DNA from: Paraspadella gotoi
Taxonomy: Eukaryota > Animalia > Chaetognatha
Length of the DNA stretch: 64,000 nucleotides
NCBI GenBank assembly: GCA_051294375.1
Contig: CM119268.1
Span: forward strand, 16,307,986-16,371,985
Direction of reading: 5' to 3'
The translations under genes and the position numbers were made by a program. Positions 57,022 to 64,000 of this stretch are shown here, in pieces. Position 1 is the first letter of the stretch. The number at the start of each line of letters is the position of its first letter. Under the pieces are notes generated by a model. That model made no database searches. It was not told the DNA's origin and was given only the letters and a program-made list of their open reading frames with translations.

Positions 57022-59021
57022 GAGATAAAACGGAAACCGATAAGGAAGAAGGAAAGGTAAAAAAGGAAGAGATATATAAAAAGAAGGAAGAAGAAATGAA
57101 GGATAGAAGAAAAGAAAGAAAAGAAAAAAAGAAAAAAAAGAAAGAAAGAAAGAAGAAAGAAAGAAAGAAAGAAAGAAAGAAGAAAGAAAGAAAAAAGAAA
57201 GAAAAGAAAGAAATACCGAGCGACCAACCAGCTTGTTACCTCAGGAAAGAAAAACCAGATTCAACGTGCGAAAGAAAAAAAAATTGAATGCGTCTTGACG
57301 GCATTCAACGCGTTTGGATTTTCACGATTCAGCGATTCTCACCCCCGACGCGCGCGTGTGTGAATCGATGTAACTTCACCTTCACACGAGGCAAACATCC
57401 AGTGTGAAATCTCACCCTCCGTCTGAGGATTGGAGTTTGAAAAAAATTCGGCGTACGATTTTTTATTTTAACAGGTAAACGAGAACTCCTTGAAACGGAT
57501 AAAAAAAACCGCGGGAGTCAGTTCGATGTTAGTATTAGTAATAGCTGATTATTTTATTTTTAAATATATATGAACATAATAATATGCAATAATAATTTGT
57601 TTTTTTCAATGTTTTAAAATTCCTCGAAAATAGGTTGTAAAATGATTTTGTTAATTGAAATAATCTAACCATTCCTATAGTTTCCCGCAGACATCACAGA
57701 AGAAGTAGGCTCTAATTGTAAGAAAATACAAAATCTTTAGGTTTAAAAAAATATAACTTATACCTTTTATTTAGTCGGTTGTTGTTGTGTTTCCGCCTCA
57801 TTAATTTCGGAGCGCTTTCCTTCCGGCTTTTGGAGTCGTTGAAAGGCTTAAATTAAGCCGTTAAAATTACAGACTCGATGGCATGATGTACAGAGAGAGA
57901 GAGATAAAAAGAATGATAAGAGCGACAGAGAGAGAGGAGAGAGAGGAGAAACAGAGAGAGAAAGAGAGAAGAAAATGAAGAAGAGAAATAGAGAGAGAGG
58001 AGAGGGAGGGTGTGAATGAAGAAAATCTGACTCATAAAACCAAAGTCTACGACTTTGGGGGAAAAAGGGAAAAAAATGTCAATTGAAACATGTAAATTAA
58101 TCGTCAACAGAAAAAGAAAGGAAATTTCCCCACGCAATCATAACTGTCAAACGCCCAAATTATGCAGTCCATAAAAGATTCTATGTTTAAATAGAAAACA
58201 GTAGCGAAAAAGTGTAATAAGAGCTAGAGAGTAAAATCCTGTGAAATGGATTGATTTAAAACAAAGGTAAAATATTTCTAGTTAACTAAAAATATTGAAA
58301 TTTTCGATCATGATTTCACTCGAGTCTTTTCATAATTGAACGGACAGACAAAAATTAAGTTGTGAAAAATTGGCCCAAAAATTGTTTTTAAGGTTGCTAC
58401 TTTTTAACTTTTTGTTTTTAGCCCCGTGTTTCCTTTAATTCTTGGCAAGGCTTGAAAAAATGCAGCGCCTAAGAATCCGGAGACGTGCTCGAGGAGAAAT
58501 TGAAATTGGATTCGATACCCCAAACAACACCTGAGCGTGGCAGGAGTATCGTGAGGAGAAAAAAAACCCCAAGGGACCAAAAACGAGAGAGAGAGAAAAA
58601 GAGAGGAGAGAGGGAGAGAGAGAGAGAGAGAAAGAAAGAGAGAGGTAGAGAGTAGAGAGAGAGAGAGAGAGAGAAGCGCAACAGAGAGCTAGAAAGTTCA
58701 AATGAACATCCGACGGAATAAAACTTGCTAACTTTTCTATAATTTGAACTTTTCAAATTTAAAGTGTTTATTTTTTAATTTCAATTTTTGTTTTCCAAAT
58801 GTCCGATTTTACATCTCGAGGACCTCCTCTATCTCCGAAGTAATGACTCTAAGGGTAGGTCCCCGTTGGTTGTTTTGTGCCCGCATTTTCGGCCTCATTT
58901 CGGGGCCTTTTTCTTGGGTCTCTCTTGGCTGCAACAAAGGCGGGTGAGTGAAATAAGGGGTAGGGGGTGAGCGAGAGAGAAGAGAGAGGAGAGAGAAGGA
59001 GAGGAGAGAGAGAGAGAGAGA

Positions 59022-59057
<36 letters not shown>

Positions 59058-59820
59058 GAGAGAGGGGGAGAGGAGAGAGAAGATTCAAAGAAAAGCGAAC
59101 ATCGTATAGAAAACGACACAAGGCACAATAACCGCGAGGCGCAAACAAACAAACCTTACACCACGAAGGAAAAAAAACGGAAAAAAAAAATCTGAGAAAA
59201 AAGGAGAACAAAAAAGAACAAAAAAAAAGATGAACAAAAAGTCGAGAAAACGAACGAAACAGTCTGGGACCGGCACTGAGCTAAACGTTTTGGCGATCAA
59301 AACAAAAGACGGATCTGACTTAATCGTTTTTTTTTTTTCTTTATTGAGGTGTGAAGATATAATTAGACGAAGATTTGTAAGCAAACAGTCATGGTTAGAA
59401 ACTGTAGACAGATTGTTATCAAATGAAAGCCTTTTGGGTTAAGTTATATACAACATAAGCGAATTATACTTTAATAACAGCTTTAAGCGACTAAAAAAAA
59501 ACAAGGCCAATGGTTTAAATTTGAAGGCGGCATAATTTCCCAAGTAACGAAAAAAAAATGTGTAGGCCTTTTTTTGCCCTGCCTTATTTTTCTTCCTTTC
59601 TTTCTTTTTTCTCTTCTTCCCTATTTTCTCCCTTTCCCATCTTTTTTTCAGCTTTTGGAATTCTTTTCCTAGCCNNNNNNNNNNNNNNNNNNNNNNNNNG
59701 AGAGAGAGAGATAAAACGGAAACCGATAAGGAAGAAGGAAAGGTAAAAAGGAAAGAGATTATAAAAAGAAGGAAGAAGAAATGAAGGATAGAAGAAAAGA
59801 AAGAAAGAAAAAAAGAAAAA

Positions 59821-59912
<92 letters not shown>

Positions 59913-60622
59913 AATACCGAGCGACCAAGCCAGCTTGTACCTCAGGAAAGAAAAACCAGATTCAACGTCGAAAGAAAAAAAAAATTGAATCGTCTTGACG
60001 GCATTCACGCGTTTTGGATTTTCACGATTCACGCGATTCTCACCCCCGACGCGCGCGTGTGTGAATCGATGTAACTTCACCTTCACACGAGGCAAACATC
60101 CAGTGTGAAATCTCACCCTCCGTCTGAGGATTGGAGTTTGAAAAAAAATTCGCGTACGATTTTTATTTTACAGGTAACGAGAACTCCTTGAAACGGATAA
60201 AACCCGGGAGTCAGTTCGATGTTAGTATTAGTAATAGCTGATTATTTTATTTTTAAATATATATGAAATAATAATAATGCAATAACATATTTGTTTTTTT
60301 CAATGTTTTAAATTCCTCGAAAATAGGTTGTAAAATGATTTGTAATTGAAAATAATCTAACCATTCCTATAGTTTCCCGCAGAACATCACAAGAGAAGTA
60401 GGCTCTAATTGTAAGAAAATAGACAAATCTTTAGGTTTAAATCAATAAACTTATACCTTGTTATTTTAGTCGTTGTTGTTGTTGTTTCCGCCTCATTAAT
60501 TTCGGAGCGCTTCCTCCCGGCTTTTGGAGTCGTCTTGAAAGGCTTAATTAAGCCGTAAATCAGACTCATCATGATGTACAGAGAGAGAGAGATAAAAAGA
60601 AAGATAGAGCGACAGAGAGAGA

Positions 60623-60666
<44 letters not shown>

Positions 60667-62413
60667 GAGAGAGAGAGAAATAGAGAGAGAGAGAGGGAGG
60701 GTGTGAATGAAGAAAATCTGACTCATAAACCAAAGTCTACCACTTTGGGGAAAAAGGGAAAAAAAATGTCAATTGAAACATGTAAATTAATCGTCAACAG
60801 AAAAGAAAGGAAATTTCCCACGCAAATCATAACTGTCAAACGCCCAAAATTATGCAGTCCATAAAAGATTCTATGTTTAAATAGAAAAACAGTAGCGATA
60901 AAAGTTGTAAATAAACTTTTAAATAAAAATCCTGTGAAATGGATTGATTTAAAACAAAGGAAAATATTTCTAGTTAACTAAAATATTGAAATTTTCGATT
61001 CATGTATTTCACTCATCTTTTCATATGTGACGGACATGACAAAAAATTAATTGTGAAAAATTGGGGCCCAAAAATTGTTTTTAAAGGTTGCTACTTTTTA
61101 ACTTTTTTTTTACCCCGTGTTTCCTTTAATTCTTGCAGGCTTGAAAAAATGCAGCGCCTAAGAATCGGAACGTGCTCGGAGGGAGAAATTGATATTGGAT
61201 CGATACCCAAACAACAAAACCTAGAGCGCAGAGTAAACAGGAGAGAGAAAACCCATGGGGACAAAAACGAGAGAGAGAGNNNNNNNNNNNNNNNNNNNNN
61301 NNNNNNNNNNNNNNNNNNNNNNNNNNNNNNNNNNNNNNNNNNNNNNNNNNNNNNNNNNNNNNNNNNNNNNNNNNNNNNNNNNNNNNNNNNNNNNNNNNNN
61401 NNNNNNNNNNNNNNNNNNNNNNNNNNNNNNNNNNNNNNNNNNNNNNCGCAAAGAGAGCTAGAAGTTTCATGAACTCCGACTGAATAAAACTTGCTAACTT
61501 TCTAAATTTGAATTTTCAAATTTAAATTTATTTTTATTTCAATTTTTGTTTTCCAATGTCCGATTTTACATCTCGACCTCCTCTATCCCGAGTAATTGAA
61601 TCTAGGGTAGGTCCCCGTTGGGTTGTTTTGCCCCATTTCGGCCTCCTTTCGGGGCCTTTTTCTTGGGTCTCTCTTGGCTGCNNNNNNNNNNNNNNNNNNN
61701 NNNNNNNNNNNNNNNNNNNNNNNNNNNNNNNNNNNNNNNNNNNNNNNNNNNNNNNNNNNNNNNNNNNNNNNNNNNNNNNNNNNNNNNNNNNNNNNNNNNN
61801 NNNNNNNNNNNNNNNNNNNNNNNNNNNNNNNNAGAGAGAGAGAGAGAGAGAGAGAGATTTTCAAAGAAAAGCGAACATCGTATAGAAAACGACACAAGGC
61901 ACAATAACCCGAGGCGCAACAACAAACCTTTACACCACGAAGGAAAAAAAAAACGGAAAAAAAATCTGAGAAAAAAGGAGAACAAAAAAGAACAAAAAAA
62001 AAGAACAAAAAGTCGAAGAAAACGAACGAAACAGTCTGGACCGGCACCTGGAGGCTAAACGTTTTGCGATCAAAACAAAAGACGGATCTGACTTAATCGT
62101 TTTTTTTTCTTTTATTGGATTGAATGATAATTTACGATTTGTAAGCAAACAGGTCATGTTAGAAACTGTAACAAGTTTTATCAAAGAGGTAAAAAGCTTA
62201 CTTTGGTTAAGTTAATATACAACATAAGCGAATTAAATTTTAATAACAGCTTTAAGCGACTAAAAAAAACAAGGGCCAATGTAAAATTTTGAAGCGGCAT
62301 ATTTCCCAAGTAACGAAAAAAAAAATGTGTAGGCCTTTTTGCCCTGCCTTATTTTCTTTCTTTTTTTCCCTATTTTCTCTTTTTTTTTCAGCTTTTGGAT
62401 TCTTTTCCTAGCC
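57022..62413. repeat. ~2.7-kb tandem duplication around 25-N gap 59675-59699, probable gap-overfill artefact
   Basis: gagataaaacggaaaccgataagg starts both copies (57022, 59707) and ttcttttcctagcc ends both (59674, 62413). Differences are mostly single-base indels. Confidence 0.9.
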
Positions 62414-63014
62414 GCAGAATTTTTTTTCTTTCTCTCTCCAGAGAGATAGTAGAGGGGAGAGAATTTAGGGGAGAGAACCAAGTATGAAATGGTGGGGGGA
62501 AGAAGAGAGAGGGTGGAGAAAAGGTGAGGAAAATAATGGAGATATGAAGAACATTGTGAGATATACAATGAAATATAACATAAGAAGAATTTACATGACG
62601 AGAGANNNNNNNNNNNNNNNNNNNNNNNNNNNNNNNNNNNNNNNNNNNNNNNNNNNNNNNNNNNNNNNNNNNNNNNNNNNNNNNNNNNNNNNNNNNNNNN
62701 NNNNNNNNNNNNNNNNNNNNNNNNNNNNNNNNNNNNNNNNNNNNNNNNNNNNGAGAGAGAGAGAGAGAGAGAGAGATGATCGACCGGCGCCGGATTAGAC
62801 TAGAAAAAATAAATCAGGGAAAACGGGGGTTGCGAAGATGGGTGATGACGAGGATCCAAGTGTGAGGAGATGTGAAAGGCAGTTGGGTGGGATGCAAATA
62901 TATGAAAGGTGTGAAAAGAATTGTAACTAAAGATTAGTAAGTAAAGTGGGAAAGGTCGACAAAAGGGGCTATTTAGGGATAAAAACTCCGGAATGAGAAA
63001 GAAATGAAGAGATG

Positions 63015-63145
<131 letters not shown>

Positions 63146-64000
63146 CCCTCGACGATTCCGTCCGTCCAGATGAGTCAGCGACGGTCAAAGGAAAACAGGA
63201 TGAAAGATAAGAGTCAACAGATAAGAATGAAGAGAATAAAAGAAGAAGAAAAAAGAAAGAAAAGAAAGAGAAAAGAAACTAACATTACTTTTTGAGAAGG
63301 GAGAGAGAGATTTTAATTACTGTTAAAACCAAAGATGAAAAGAGGAAAGGGATCGGGAAAAATGATGATCTATTCCTAAGAGGATTCCTTGGCAAGTATG
63401 GAGGCTCAGGTCAGAGAGTCAAAGGGTCAGACATTGAAGATCACGCATTCGGTTCCTTTGTTATTGCTGGTCAGATATTGTTTTGATTATTTTTATTGTT
63501 ATTGTTACTTCAGTTCTTCTTTAAAACTGACCTCTCTCTCTGCGCTTAACTTTTTTAAATCCATTTAAAGGCAATTGAGCGAATATTTATCATCCAAACA
63601 CTAATTAATTTTTTTTTCTCGTCAAATTCCAAACATTCTTTGATAATCGATTTTTTTTATCTTAAAACATCAATGAGCATTCTCCTGTGAGCCACTAAAT
63701 CGTAAATTAAAGAGAGATGATTTCCAGGTGATCAGAAAGTGAGTGTGAGAGAGAGAGANNNNNNNNNNNNNNNNNNNNNNNNNNNNNNNNNNNNNNNNNN
63801 NNNNNNNNNNNNNNNNNNNNNNNNNNNNNNNNNNNNNNNNNNNNNNNNNNNNNNNNNNNNNNNNNNNNNNNNNNNNNNNNNNNNNNGAGAGAGAGAGCTC
63901 ATCTGAGATCGATTAACAGGCGAACGTCATGATTTTGGAGGAGAGCGGCACAAAAGACTACATCAAAAACAAAGTAGGATTAAAGACAAAACAAACCGAA

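Overview
Eukaryotic (invertebrate animal) draft-assembly DNA: AT-rich, full of (GA)n/(GAAA)n/(GAC)n microsatellites and N-gaps. Most ORFs in the supplied track are repeat artefacts. Splicing exons by hand gives three minus-strand genes. (1) A complete 11-exon eyes absent (eya) gene, 51977->43298, 460 aa, with an intact HAD-type phosphatase EYA domain. (2) A 2-exon gene, 33387->32908, for a 116-aa protein with a signal peptide, 8 cysteines and a GPI-signal-like tail, which I cannot assign to a family. (3) The first three in-phase exons (25684->22483) of a signal-peptide + Ig-like protein whose 3' part is not resolved. Eya introns and flanks hold a Helentron/DINE-1-like HINE, a TA-flanked MITE, two foldback hairpins and an inverted pair of degenerate minimal hammerhead-ribozyme motifs typical of Penelope-like retroelements. 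There are also 46-bp and ~40-bp minisatellites. Three large duplications (inverted ~8.0-11.1 kb, noisy ~25.7-26.9 kb, tandem ~57.0-62.4 kb) lie at or near exactly 25-N gaps and are probably long-read gap-filling artefacts. No prokaryotic systems, CRISPR arrays, rRNA or tRNA genes were found.
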